NCBI GenBank assembly: GCA_026391215.1
Contig: JAPLDX010000056.1
Location: 107,452 to 171,451 of the forward strand
DNA length: 64,000 nucleotides
Reading direction: 5' to 3'
DNA from: Bacteroidia bacterium
GTDB taxonomy: Bacteria; Bacteroidota; Bacteroidia; Bacteroidales; VadinHA17
Made by a program: the position numbers and the translations under genes. This document shows, piece after piece, positions 1 through 8,546 of the stretch (position 1 is its first letter; the number at the start of each line of letters is the position of its first letter). The notes beneath the pieces were generated by a model. It saw nothing but the letters and a program-made list of their open reading frames with translations. It made no database searches and was not told the DNA's origin.

Positions 1-1665
1 GGTTCTGTTAAACAGACTGTTGAAGGCCTTGACAATTTCGAGATATTCAGCATATCACCGGCCGGAGACAATATTTACTTCACGAAAAGGGTAAAGCTCG
101 ATCTGACCGCTAACGAGAAATACAATTTGCCAAAGGCCAAAGTAAGAATAATAGACAATCTGATGTACCGTCACTGGAATTCATGGAGCGATTATTCATA
201 CAGCCATATTTTTGTCGCGTCCTTCAACGGGAAAAGCGTTTCAGGTGAAAAAGACATAATGGACGGTCAGAAATTCGAGTCACCTCTTTCTCCATATTTT
301 GATGAGGGTGAAATCTCATGGAGTCCCGACGGTAAATACATTGCCTATACAACAAAGAGACTTCGTGGTAAAGAGGATGCCCGGAGTACTAATTCAGACA
401 TCATACTTTATGAAGTCTCTTCAGGAAAAGAAATAAATATCTCTGAAGGGAACAGAGGTTATGACAGGTCTCCTGTCTTTTCACCCGATGGAGCAAAAAT
501 TGCTTATCAAAGCATGGAAAGAGACGGGTATGAGGCTGATCTTGACAGGCTTATGGTCTATGATATTAATACTAAAAACCGTACCTGGGTAACGAAAGGC
601 TGGGAATTTGATGTACAAAATATCAACTGGGCAGATGAACAGAATATTTATTTTATCTGTGAATATCTGGGAACTTCACAGGTTTTTAAAACAAACCTCA
701 GCATTAAAGGTGTTGACCGTGTTACAGAAGGCAATCATGGACTCGGTTCTTTGCAAATGGAATCAGGGAAAATTGCAGCATCAATGATGTCATTTTCGCT
801 GGCGATGGAAGTTGCTGCTATTGATATGAATACCGGTGAAGTAAAACAGATCAGTGGAATAAACAAAGCCATCTATGAATCCATAAAGATGGGGAAAGCG
901 GAAGAGAAATATGTCAAGACCTCGGATGGCAAGGATCTCCAGATGTGGATTATCTTTCCTCCTGATTTCGATCCTGCAAAAAAATACCCGGCTCTTCTTT
1001 TCTGCAATGGAGGACCCCAGAGCTCACTAAGTCCTTTTTGGTCATATCGCTGGAATATGCAGATGATGGCTGCAAAAGGATATATTGTATATGCTCCAAA
1101 CCGAAGAGGCGTTGTCGGATTCGGTCAGGCCTGGAAAGAACAGATCTCACAAGATTATGGCGGAAAAAATATGCAGGATTATCTTGATGCCACAGATGCT
1201 ATGGCAAAGGAACCATATGTTGATTCTCAGCGTATGGGAGCTGTTGGAGCAAGCTATGGCGGATATTCTGTTTTCTATCTGGCCGGGATCCACGGAGGAA
1301 GATTCAAGGTATTCATCTCACATTGCGGCGTTTTCAATTTTATCAGTGAATATGGTTCCACTGAAGAACTGTGGTTCAATGACTTTGATTACGGCGGCCC
1401 TTACTGGGAATTGCCGGAGAGCTATAAGTATTCACCACATCTGCTGGTTGATAACTGGGATACACCTATCCTGATCATCACCGGTGCAAACGATTTCAGG
1501 ATCCCTTATACTCAGAGCATGGAGGCATTCACTGCAGCACAGCTTCACAATATCCCCAGCAGGTTTCTCTTTTTTGAAGACGAGTCGCATTGGGTTCTTA
1601 AACCACAGAATTCAATTATATGGCAGAATGAATTCTTCAGCTGGCTGGAGACGTATTTAAAGTAG
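1..1665 (+). CDS. S9 family (prolyl oligopeptidase/dipeptidyl-peptidase-like) serine peptidase, 5'-truncated by the window edge
   Basis: Frame is open from base 1; WSPDG/FSPDG beta-propeller repeats; GGPQ, nucleophile GASYGG, NDFRI (Asp) and ESHWV (His) motifs. Confidence 0.93.
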   Translation, partial: GSVKQTVEGLDNFEIFSISPAGDNIYFTKRVKLDLTANEKYNLPKAKVRIIDNLMYRHWNSWSDYSYSHIFVASFNGKSVSGEKDIMDGQKFESPLSPYFDEGEISWSPDGKYIAYTTKRLRGKEDARSTNSDIILYEVSSGKEINISEGNRGYDRSPVFSPDGAKIAYQSMERDGYEADLDRLMVYDINTKNRTWVTKGWEFDVQNINWADEQNIYFICEYLGTSQVFKTNLSIKGVDRVTEGNHGLGSLQMESGKIAASMMSFSLAMEVAAIDMNTGEVKQISGINKAIYESIKMGKAEEKYVKTSDGKDLQMWIIFPPDFDPAKKYPALLFCNGGPQSSLSPFWSYRWNMQMMAAKGYIVYAPNRRGVVGFGQAWKEQISQDYGGKNMQDYLDATDAMAKEPYVDSQRMGAVGASYGGYSVFYLAGIHGGRFKVFISHCGVFNFISEYGSTEELWFNDFDYGGPYWELPESYKYSPHLLVDNWDTPILIITGANDFRIPYTQSMEAFTAAQLHNIPSRFLFFEDESHWVLKPQNSIIWQNEFFSWLETYLK

Positions 1666-1684
1666 AATCAAGCAACATATGCAA

Positions 1685-1733
1685 TGCTGGGCGTAGTTTG
1701 CTCTGCTGGGCGTAGTTTGAAACTACGCCCAGC
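1685..1733. repeat. REP-like palindrome with a duplicated left arm, between convergent genes
   Basis: GCTGGGCGTAGTTT-G-AAACTACGCCCAGC (14-bp perfect arms, 1705-1733); TGCTGGGCGTAGTTTG is directly repeated at 1685 and 1704. Confidence 0.8.
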
Positions 1734-1757
1734 CAGATCCCATCCAGATTTGTACAA

Positions 1758-2690
1758 TTAACCTTTTAGCAATTCAATAACTTTCGCTGATTTCTCCTCA
1801 ATTGGCAGTTCACCGTCAATCCAGTGGATTGAGGTGCCTTTGCGCTCCATTCCCCTGAACCAGGTCATCTGCCTTTTTGCATACTGATGTATTGCGGTCT
1901 CAAGGTTTTTGACCATCTCCTTATAACCGAGCTTCCCTGTAAGGTATAGTGTAATGTACTTATATTCAAGGCCATAATAAATAAGTATCTCTTTTTTTAC
2001 TCCGCTGTCAAGCAATTTTTTTACTTCATCGGCCATCCCGTCATCAAGCCTCTTTTTCAGTCTTTCTGTAATTCTTCTTCGTCTTGTTTCCCTGTCGAAC
2101 ATAATGCCGGCAATGAGAGGTTTAAGGTCAGGAAATTGGTTTTGTTTCTCAGATTTTGTCCTGTTGAACTGCTCAATCTCAATAGCTCTTATTACCCTCT
2201 TTTTTGTATCAATATCAGTTGTGTTATGAAGATTCTTATAGGTCGAAAGTATCCCTATGAGTTCTTCTAAAGTTTTCTTCTCCAGCCTGGTCCTCAGACC
2301 ACTGTCAGGCGGTACTTCATACATCCTATATCCCGTTACTATGCTATCAATATACATGCCCGATCCTCCGCATACGACTGGAAAAACATCACGCTTTTTC
2401 ATATCGTCATAGACTATTTTAAAATCACGCTGAAACTCAAAGACGTTGTATTTATAACCGGGATCTGCAATATCAATAAGATGAAAAGGCACTGCCTTAT
2501 CTTTGACTGTATACTCTGAATAATCCTTTCCTGTTCCCAGGTTCATTCCCCTGTATACCTGGCGCGAATCAGCACTTATTATCTCTCCGCCAAGCCGTGC
2601 CGCTACGGCAGCTGCAAGGGAAGTCTTGCCCGATGCAGTGGTCCCTGTAATTACCAGCAGATCATATCCATTCTTTGGTCTGGATGTCAT
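1758..2690 (-). CDS. miaA: tRNA (adenosine(37)-N6)-dimethylallyltransferase
   Basis: GTTASGKT P-loop, EIISADSRQVYRGM, GGSGMY, YAKRQMTWFR; start placed at ATG 2690 to avoid overlap with smpB. Confidence 0.95.
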   Translation of the reverse strand: MTSRPKNGYDLLVITGTTASGKTSLAAAVAARLGGEIISADSRQVYRGMNLGTGKDYSEYTVKDKAVPFHLIDIADPGYKYNVFEFQRDFKIVYDDMKKRDVFPVVCGGSGMYIDSIVTGYRMYEVPPDSGLRTRLEKKTLEELIGILSTYKNLHNTTDIDTKKRVIRAIEIEQFNRTKSEKQNQFPDLKPLIAGIMFDRETRRRRITERLKKRLDDGMADEVKKLLDSGVKKEILIYYGLEYKYITLYLTGKLGYKEMVKNLETAIHQYAKRQMTWFRGMERKGTSIHWIDGELPIEEKSAKVIELLKG

Positions 2691-2762
2691 AGTGGCTACT
2701 ATTTTACCTAAACAGCAAGTTACCATAAAATTATTAATTTTGACGGTCACGTTTCTGTTTTT

Positions 2763-3206
2763 ATGGATATTGTAATTAAGAATAAGAAGGCATCGCATGA
2801 TTACGAGTTCCTTGAGAAATTCGTTGCAGGAATAAAACTCACAGGGACAGAAATCAAATCTATCCGGCTTGGTAAAGCTGCTCTTGCAGATTCATATTGT
2901 TTCTTCAGCGGGGGGGAGCTTTTTATCAGGGGCATGCATATTGCTGAATACTGGTGGGGGAACCTTAATAATCATGATCCGCTGAGGGAACGGAAGCTCC
3001 TTCTTAATAAACGTGAGCTGAAACGAATTGAAAGAAAGGTCAAGGAAACGGGTCTGACAATTATCGTCACTAAAGTCTTCATCAATGAAAGGGGTCTTGC
3101 AAAGGCGGAGATTGCCATTTCGAAGGGCAAGAAGGAATATGATAAGCGCCAGACAATCAAGAAGAAAGATTCAGACAGGGAGCTTGACAGGATCCGGAAG
3201 AAATGA
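2763..3206 (+). CDS. smpB: SsrA-binding protein
   Basis: NKKASHDY, AGIKLTGTEIKSIR, RERKLLL, KGKKEYDKR motifs. Confidence 0.98.
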   Translation: MDIVIKNKKASHDYEFLEKFVAGIKLTGTEIKSIRLGKAALADSYCFFSGGELFIRGMHIAEYWWGNLNNHDPLRERKLLLNKRELKRIERKVKETGLTIIVTKVFINERGLAKAEIAISKGKKEYDKRQTIKKKDSDRELDRIRKK

Positions 3207-3219
3207 TTTTTTAGGGATC

Positions 3220-3281
3220 ATAAACCACCCCGTCCCGACGCTTTGGTCGGGACACCCCTCCTTTAAAAAGGAGGGGAAAGT
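3220..3281 (+). repeat. Double-hairpin repeat, copy A1
   Basis: ATAAACCACCCC-GTCCCGAC(gctttg)GTCGGGAC-A-CCCCTCCTTT(aa)AAAGGAGGGG-AAAGT; identical to 3745-3806. Confidence 0.97.
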
Positions 3282-3299
3282 ATAATTGTTTTAAACTCG

Positions 3300-3356
3300 T
3301 TTCTCCTCCTTTTCAAAGGAGGAGTACCCCGCCTGTGGCGGGGGGAGGTGGTTTAT
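3300..3356 (-). repeat. Double-hairpin repeat, inverted variant B
   Basis: Reverse complement reads ATAAACCACCTCC-CCCCGCC(aca)GGCGGGG-TA-CTCCTCCTTT(ga)AAAGGAGGAG-AAA; same leader and two stems as copy A. Confidence 0.92.
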
Positions 3357-3715
3357 AGAGTAAGATTATCCATTATTATATTAATGACAAATTCAGGTTC
3401 CTGAAAAACAAATCGATTCTCAAATCTTATAACTTTAAAACCTTTTTCTTCAAGTATCCTATCTCTTTTTTCATCTCTCTGAATTTCTATATAATCACCA
3501 TGAAGATTCCCATCAAGTTCAATAATCAGCCTATCAGAAGAACAATAAAAATCAACGATAAAATTCTCCAGGCTATGTTGTCTTCTGAATTTCTTGCCTT
3601 TTAATTGTTTGTTTTTAAGCATATTCCATAGTACTGCTTCTGCAGAGGTAGATCGATTTCTCAACTTCTTCCTAATAGGCTTGAGTTCGGTTTTATTTGA
3701 AGAATATCTGGACAT
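3353..3715 (-). CDS. DUF559 / Vsr-like (very-short-patch-repair superfamily) endonuclease
   Basis: LRNRSTSAEAVLW, KFRRQH, IVDFYC, IIELDG..H, D..RD..L...GFKVIRF.N motifs; ATG 3715 preferred over TTG 3730. Confidence 0.92.
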   Translation of the reverse strand: MSRYSSNKTELKPIRKKLRNRSTSAEAVLWNMLKNKQLKGKKFRRQHSLENFIVDFYCSSDRLIIELDGNLHGDYIEIQRDEKRDRILEEKGFKVIRFENRFVFQEPEFVINIIMDNLTL

Positions 3716-3744
3716 ATTATAGAAATACAAGTGAAACTTACAAT

Positions 3745-3806
3745 ATAAACCACCCCGTCCCGACGCTTTGGTCGGGACACCCCTCCTTTAAAAAGGAGGG
3801 GAAAGT
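3745..3806 (+). repeat. Double-hairpin repeat, copy A2
   Basis: 62/62 identical to 3220-3281 by direct reading. Confidence 0.97.
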
Positions 3807-3870
3807 TTAATAATTATAATTCTATTTAAAAGCGAAACAAATTCTATAGGTAATAGTCCCTCTTCCTATA

Positions 3871-4596
3871 TTAGAAGTTCGGGCTGAGGAGATATCTTGA
3901 GTAGAATTTAACAATTGTATCAACAGCCTCCTTTGAAGTATCAACGATAGTGAAGATGTTGAGGTCATCCGCTGATATGTTATGTTCTTCGGCCAGCATT
4001 TCCTCTTTAATCCAATCCATCAATCCCTTCCAGTATTTTTTACCAACAAGAATAATCGGGAATTTACCGATTTTCCTGGTCTGTATAAGGGTGATTGCCT
4101 CAAAGAGCTCATCAAATGTTCCGAATCCTCCCGGGAGCACGATAAATCCCTGAGCATATTTCATGAACATTACCTTCCTTACAAAGAAATGGTCAAAAGT
4201 AATGAGCTTGTCAGCATCAATATATGAGTTAGGCCGCTGCTCAAAAGGCAGGTCAATATTAATACCTACTGACTTCCCGTTGCCTCGTTTGGCGCCTTTA
4301 TTTGCAGCCTCCATAATACCGGGTCCGCCTCCGGTAATAATCCCATAACCATTCTGGACAAGCCTGAAAGCAATATCCTCGGCAAGGCGGTAATATTTAT
4401 CATTATGATGTGTTCTTGCAGATCCAAAAATTGATACGCATGGCCCTATACGTGAAAGTTTTTCAAAACCTTCAACCAGCTCGGAAATTATTTTAAAAAC
4501 TCTCCAGGAATCTGTGGTATGGATCTCATGCCATGTTTTTTCTTCGAAGGCGTCTTTTGTCAATTCTATCTGTGAAGGTTTATCCTTTTTGCCCAT
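3871..4596 (-). CDS. LOG-family Rossmann-fold nucleotide phosphoribohydrolase (TIGR00730-like)
   Basis: FGSAR, TGGGPGIMEAAN, FFVRK, PGGFGTFDE motifs. Confidence 0.92.
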   Translation of the reverse strand: MGKKDKPSQIELTKDAFEEKTWHEIHTTDSWRVFKIISELVEGFEKLSRIGPCVSIFGSARTHHNDKYYRLAEDIAFRLVQNGYGIITGGGPGIMEAANKGAKRGNGKSVGINIDLPFEQRPNSYIDADKLITFDHFFVRKVMFMKYAQGFIVLPGGFGTFDELFEAITLIQTRKIGKFPIILVGKKYWKGLMDWIKEEMLAEEHNISADDLNIFTIVDTSKEAVDTIVKFYSRYLLSPNF

Positions 4597-4635
4597 GGTA
4601 AAAAAGTTTTTTGTATTTCAAATATAATTAATTTC

Positions 4636-7455
4636 TTATGCCTTCAGCTCCGGTTTAAGGAATATTCCTGTATAGCTGTCTTCAAATTCAGCCAGTTGCT
4701 CAGGTGATCCCGAAAATACAAGATTGCCACCTTCCTTACCGCCCTCTTTTCCAAGGTCAATAATATAGTCGGCCATCTTGATCACATCCATATTATGTTC
4801 AATCACGATAACCGTATTTCCCCTGTCTACAAGCCGGTTAAGCACATCCAGCAACACCCTTACATCTTCAAAATGGAGTCCGGTAGTCGGTTCATCAAGG
4901 ATATAAAGTGTTTTTCCGGTATCACGGCGGGCAAGTTCTGTGGCAAGCTTTACACGCTGAGCTTCTCCTCCCGAGAGCGTTGTTGATTGCTGTCCCAGTG
5001 TAATATATCCGAGTCCGACATCCTTCAGGGTTTTGATCTTATGATAGATAGAGGGAACATTGGCGAAAAATTCAACAGCCATATTTACTGTCATATCGAG
5101 GACATCGCTGATAGATTTCCCCTTATATTTTACTTCCAGTGTCTCCCGGTTGTAACGCTTGCCATTGCATTCACTGCAATGAACGTAAACATCAGGGAGG
5201 AAATTCATTTCAATAGTTTTCACACCGGCACCTTCACATCCCTCACATCTTCCTCCTTTTACATTAAATGAAAACCTTCCTGCTCCAAATCCGCGGATCT
5301 TTGCCTCGGTTGTCTGTTCAAAAAGCTTTCTGATATCAGTAAAAACACCTGTATAAGTCGCCGGATTTGATCTGGGAGTTTTCCCTATAGGCGATTGGCT
5401 GACTTCTATCACTTTATCAAGATGTTCAAGCCCTGCTATCTCCCTGTAAGGCAGAGGCGTTTTTCCGGAGTTATGGAAACGTCTTGCAAGCGCAGGATGA
5501 AGTGTCTGGTTTATCAGGGAGGATTTACCGCTTCCCGAGACCCCTGTCACACAGATGAATGTACCGAGGGGTAAGACGACATCCACATTATTAAGGTTGT
5601 GCCCTGAAGCCCCTGTCATTACAAGGGATTTTCCGTTGCCGGTCCTTCGCTGTTCCGGAATATGGAATTTATTCCTGTTATTCAGAAATCCTGAAGTAAG
5701 TGTATCGCTGCTTTTAATTTCATCCGGTTTCCCCTCAGCCACTATAAGTCCTCCGTGAAGTCCCGCGCCTGGTCCCATATCTATTATATGATCGGCCGAC
5801 AGGATCATTTCCCTGTCGTGCTCAACGACAATCACTGAATTACCGGAATCCCTCAACTGCTTCAAGGCACGTATCAGGCGCCTGTTATCCCTCTGGTGAA
5901 GCCCTATGCTTGGTTCATCAAGTATATAAAGAACGTTAACCAGCTGTGAGCCAATCTGGGTGGCCAGCCTGATCCTCTGACTTTCGCCTCCTGAAAGGGT
6001 TCTGGCTCCCCTGTTAAGGGAAAGATAGTCAAGGCCCACTTCCAGGAGGAAACCAAGCCTTGCCCTTATCTCCTTAAGAATTTCTGCGGCTATCTGTTTC
6101 TGTTTTCCGGTAAGCTTATCCTCAACATTTTCAAGGAATACTGATAATTCCCTGATATCCATTGCTGACAGCTCACCGATATTCTTGCCTGCTATCCTGA
6201 AGAATAATGATTCTTTTTTTAGTCTTGTCCCATTGCATTCCGGGCAAACATTATATTGAATATATTGGTCTTTCAGCCTTGTCCCATTCTTCTTCCCGTT
6301 CATCGCCTCAAGGTTGCCAACAAAATTGACCACCCCTTCAAATGTCAGAAAATAATTTGATGTCATTCCCAGGGGAGTATTCGATAGCTTAAGAACCTCA
6401 TCTGAGCCATAGAGAACCTTGTTCAGGGCGTCTTCAGGTATATCACTTAGCGGTGTGTCAAGAGTGAAGCCGTTCTTCTCGGCTATTGCCTCTATCTGCC
6501 AGAATATCCAGACATTCCTGTATTTACCGAGAGGTTCAATACCTCCTTTTCTGATGCTGAGGCTCCTGTCGGGAATAAGCTTCTTTTCATCAATACTTGA
6601 TATTTCTCCAAGACCGTTGCAATGCGGGCACGCACCCTGCGGTGAGTTAAAGGAGAATGTATGAGGAGCAGGATCATTATATGAAATCCCTGTAACCGGA
6701 CACATAAGATGGCGGCTGAAAAATCTGGGTTCATTGCTTTCACTTTCCAGAACCATCATTACTCCGTCACCCTGGTCAAGAGCCAACTGGACAGATTCCA
6801 TGAGCCTTTTATCGGTTATATCGCCCACTCTGAATTTATCAATGACAATCTCAATAAAATGGGTCTTATAACGATCCAACTTCATCCCGGGCTGGAGCTC
6901 CCTTATTTCATTGTTGATACGGACATGTAAAAATCCTTTTCTTCTCAGCTGTTCAAACAGTTCTTTATAATGTCCTTTCCTCCCTTTAACCACAGGCGCC
7001 AGAATATATACCTTTTTACCTGTAAAACGGTTCTTTACTAGTCCAATGATCTGATCATCAGTGTATTTGACCATCTTTTCACCTGAGGCATGAGAGTAAG
7101 CGTCAGCCGCCCTTGCATACATTAATCTCAGGAAATCATATATTTCAGTTATAGTACCAACAGTAGAGCGGGGATTTTTATTTGTCGTTTTCTGCTCGAT
7201 GGAAATAACCGGGCTCAAACCCGTAATTTTATCGACATCGGGGCGTTCCATTCCTCCAAGGAACTGCCGTGCATAGGAAGAGAGGGTCTCCATATAACGG
7301 CGCTGGCCCTCAGCATATATTGTATCAAAAGCGAGAGATGATTTTCCGCTCCCGCTTAATCCGGTAATAACCACCAGTTTGTTTCGCGGGATCGTTACAT
7401 CTATATCCTTAAGATTATGGACCCTGGCACCGAGGACTCTTATTTCTTCACTCAT
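4636..7455 (-). CDS. uvrA: Excinuclease ABC subunit A
   Basis: Two Walker A motifs ([16 protein letters not shown]), two LSGGE signatures, Zn-finger CxxC pairs. Confidence 0.99.
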   Translation of the reverse strand: MSEEIRVLGARVHNLKDIDVTIPRNKLVVITGLSGSGKSSLAFDTIYAEGQRRYMETLSSYARQFLGGMERPDVDKITGLSPVISIEQKTTNKNPRSTVGTITEIYDFLRLMYARAADAYSHASGEKMVKYTDDQIIGLVKNRFTGKKVYILAPVVKGRKGHYKELFEQLRRKGFLHVRINNEIRELQPGMKLDRYKTHFIEIVIDKFRVGDITDKRLMESVQLALDQGDGVMMVLESESNEPRFFSRHLMCPVTGISYNDPAPHTFSFNSPQGACPHCNGLGEISSIDEKKLIPDRSLSIRKGGIEPLGKYRNVWIFWQIEAIAEKNGFTLDTPLSDIPEDALNKVLYGSDEVLKLSNTPLGMTSNYFLTFEGVVNFVGNLEAMNGKKNGTRLKDQYIQYNVCPECNGTRLKKESLFFRIAGKNIGELSAMDIRELSVFLENVEDKLTGKQKQIAAEILKEIRARLGFLLEVGLDYLSLNRGARTLSGGESQRIRLATQIGSQLVNVLYILDEPSIGLHQRDNRRLIRALKQLRDSGNSVIVVEHDREMILSADHIIDMGPGAGLHGGLIVAEGKPDEIKSSDTLTSGFLNNRNKFHIPEQRRTGNGKSLVMTGASGHNLNNVDVVLPLGTFICVTGVSGSGKSSLINQTLHPALARRFHNSGKTPLPYREIAGLEHLDKVIEVSQSPIGKTPRSNPATYTGVFTDIRKLFEQTTEAKIRGFGAGRFSFNVKGGRCEGCEGAGVKTIEMNFLPDVYVHCSECNGKRYNRETLEVKYKGKSISDVLDMTVNMAVEFFANVPSIYHKIKTLKDVGLGYITLGQQSTTLSGGEAQRVKLATELARRDTGKTLYILDEPTTGLHFEDVRVLLDVLNRLVDRGNTVIVIEHNMDVIKMADYIIDLGKEGGKEGGNLVFSGSPEQLAEFEDSYTGIFLKPELKA

Positions 7456-7478
7456 CTTGACCCTCCACCATGATCTTA

Positions 7479-8438
7479 TCAGCTTTCAGGTTCCGGCTTT
7501 TCTGTATTTCTCATACCTTCTTCCGGGATCCTGATTATATATTCCTTACTGGGTTTTGGTGTCAGATAAGGCTTCCTGAGCCATGGATTCAGTAGTTTAA
7601 GCATCTTATAGTTTGTGCCGAACTGCTCGGCAAACTTCGAAAAATTTGCGATTGCAGTATCAACTTTTACTTCCCGGCATTTCAGCTCTGGATACAGCTC
7701 ATTCTCTTCAATGACGAATCCGTAGCTGGATGGATCTGATATGACAAGCTTATAGGCAACAGCCCTGAAAATATACCTGGCGGTCTCTTCTGACAACAGG
7801 AGATCATAATAATTGTTTTGTCCCTGAATTTCAATCTGTTCATCGATTGCAGCTCTCCCTCCGTTATATGATGCAGCTGCAAGCGTCCAGTTTCCGTATC
7901 TTTCATATGATTTCCTGAAATAGTCGCAAGCGAATTGAGTCGACTTTTCAACATCATAACGCTCGTCTATTACGGAGTTGATTTCCATTCCCTGCTCTAT
8001 GCCCGTTGCCTGCATGATCTGCCAGAAACCGGTAGCTCCGGCCGGTGATATCATATTACTGTATTCGCTTTCAGCTGCTGCCAGATACTTGAAATCATCC
8101 GGTATATCATTCTTCCTGAGTATCTTCTCAATTACAGGGAGATAACGGTTTGCCCTTTTGATTATAAGTATTGTTGAGGAATGGCGGTATGCGCTTGTAA
8201 GAATTTCTCGTTCCAGGCTTTCCCGTGTATCGAAATTTTCAAGCGGCATCTTTTCACCTGCAAAGGTCACAGTTTCGGGTAGCTTGTAAGGCTTGTTCAA
8301 ATAGGTTGTATCTGCCTGGCCCTTCAGTTGTGAAGAATTTCCTGATCCCTTAAAGCTCTGTGTGACTGAAAGAACAATAATTACTATTCCAGCCAGGATC
8401 AGGGCTGCAAGAATTGTTTTCCTGTTAAAATATATCAT
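7479..8438 (-). CDS. Lytic murein transglycosylase (SLT domain, MltD-like)
   Basis: AAAESE catalytic Glu, [22 protein letters not shown]; N-terminal membrane anchor. Confidence 0.9.
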   Translation of the reverse strand: MIYFNRKTILAALILAGIVIIVLSVTQSFKGSGNSSQLKGQADTTYLNKPYKLPETVTFAGEKMPLENFDTRESLEREILTSAYRHSSTILIIKRANRYLPVIEKILRKNDIPDDFKYLAAAESEYSNMISPAGATGFWQIMQATGIEQGMEINSVIDERYDVEKSTQFACDYFRKSYERYGNWTLAAASYNGGRAAIDEQIEIQGQNNYYDLLLSEETARYIFRAVAYKLVISDPSSYGFVIEENELYPELKCREVKVDTAIANFSKFAEQFGTNYKMLKLLNPWLRKPYLTPKPSKEYIIRIPEEGMRNTEKPEPES

Positions 8439-8466
8439 TAATATCGGGGTATTTAGAAATAATGTG

Positions 8467-8474
8467 CAAAGGTA
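8467..8474 (-). promoter_or_regulatory. Bacteroidota housekeeping promoter -7 box (TACCTTTG)
   Basis: Matches TAnnTTTG about 30 nt upstream of the transglycosylase-uvrA-LOG run. Confidence 0.6.
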
Positions 8475-8546
8475 ATATTTTTATACCTGATAAATAATTT
8501 CAGGATATCCAAAATGAAAAAGAATCTCAATCTGATCCGGGAAATT

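Larger units (their letters stand above)
3220..3806. mobile_element. Putative mobile cassette: DUF559 endonuclease gene flanked by REP-like double-hairpin repeats
   Basis: Identical 62-bp direct repeats at 3220-3281 and 3745-3806, an inverted variant at 3300-3356, and an AT-rich nuclease gene between them; mobility is inferred. Confidence 0.6.

Noticed and set aside
2691-2798. N-terminal extension of miaA in the ORF track
   Set aside because: Overlaps the divergent smpB start and promoter region; MiaA similarity begins near ATG 2690
3085-3285. 66-aa plus-strand ORF running through repeat A1
   Set aside because: Out-of-frame overlap with smpB that merely reads through the repeat; no coding evidence
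3207-3352. tmRNA (ssrA) next to smpB
   Set aside because: No tRNA-like GGGG...CCA ends or tag reading frame; the structure here is explained by the repeats
3220-3806. CRISPR array or integron attC cassette interpretation of the 62-bp repeats
   Set aside because: Only two identical copies, 463 bp apart, with no spacer series, cas genes or integrase; no RYYYAAC...GTTRRRY attC-type single hairpin recognised
3353-7455. DUF559/Vsr-like gene as a DNA-repair partner co-transcribed with uvrA
   Set aside because: It is separated by LOG and a strong hairpin repeat, is compositionally foreign and has no adjacent Dcm methylase; proximity to uvrA is probably incidental
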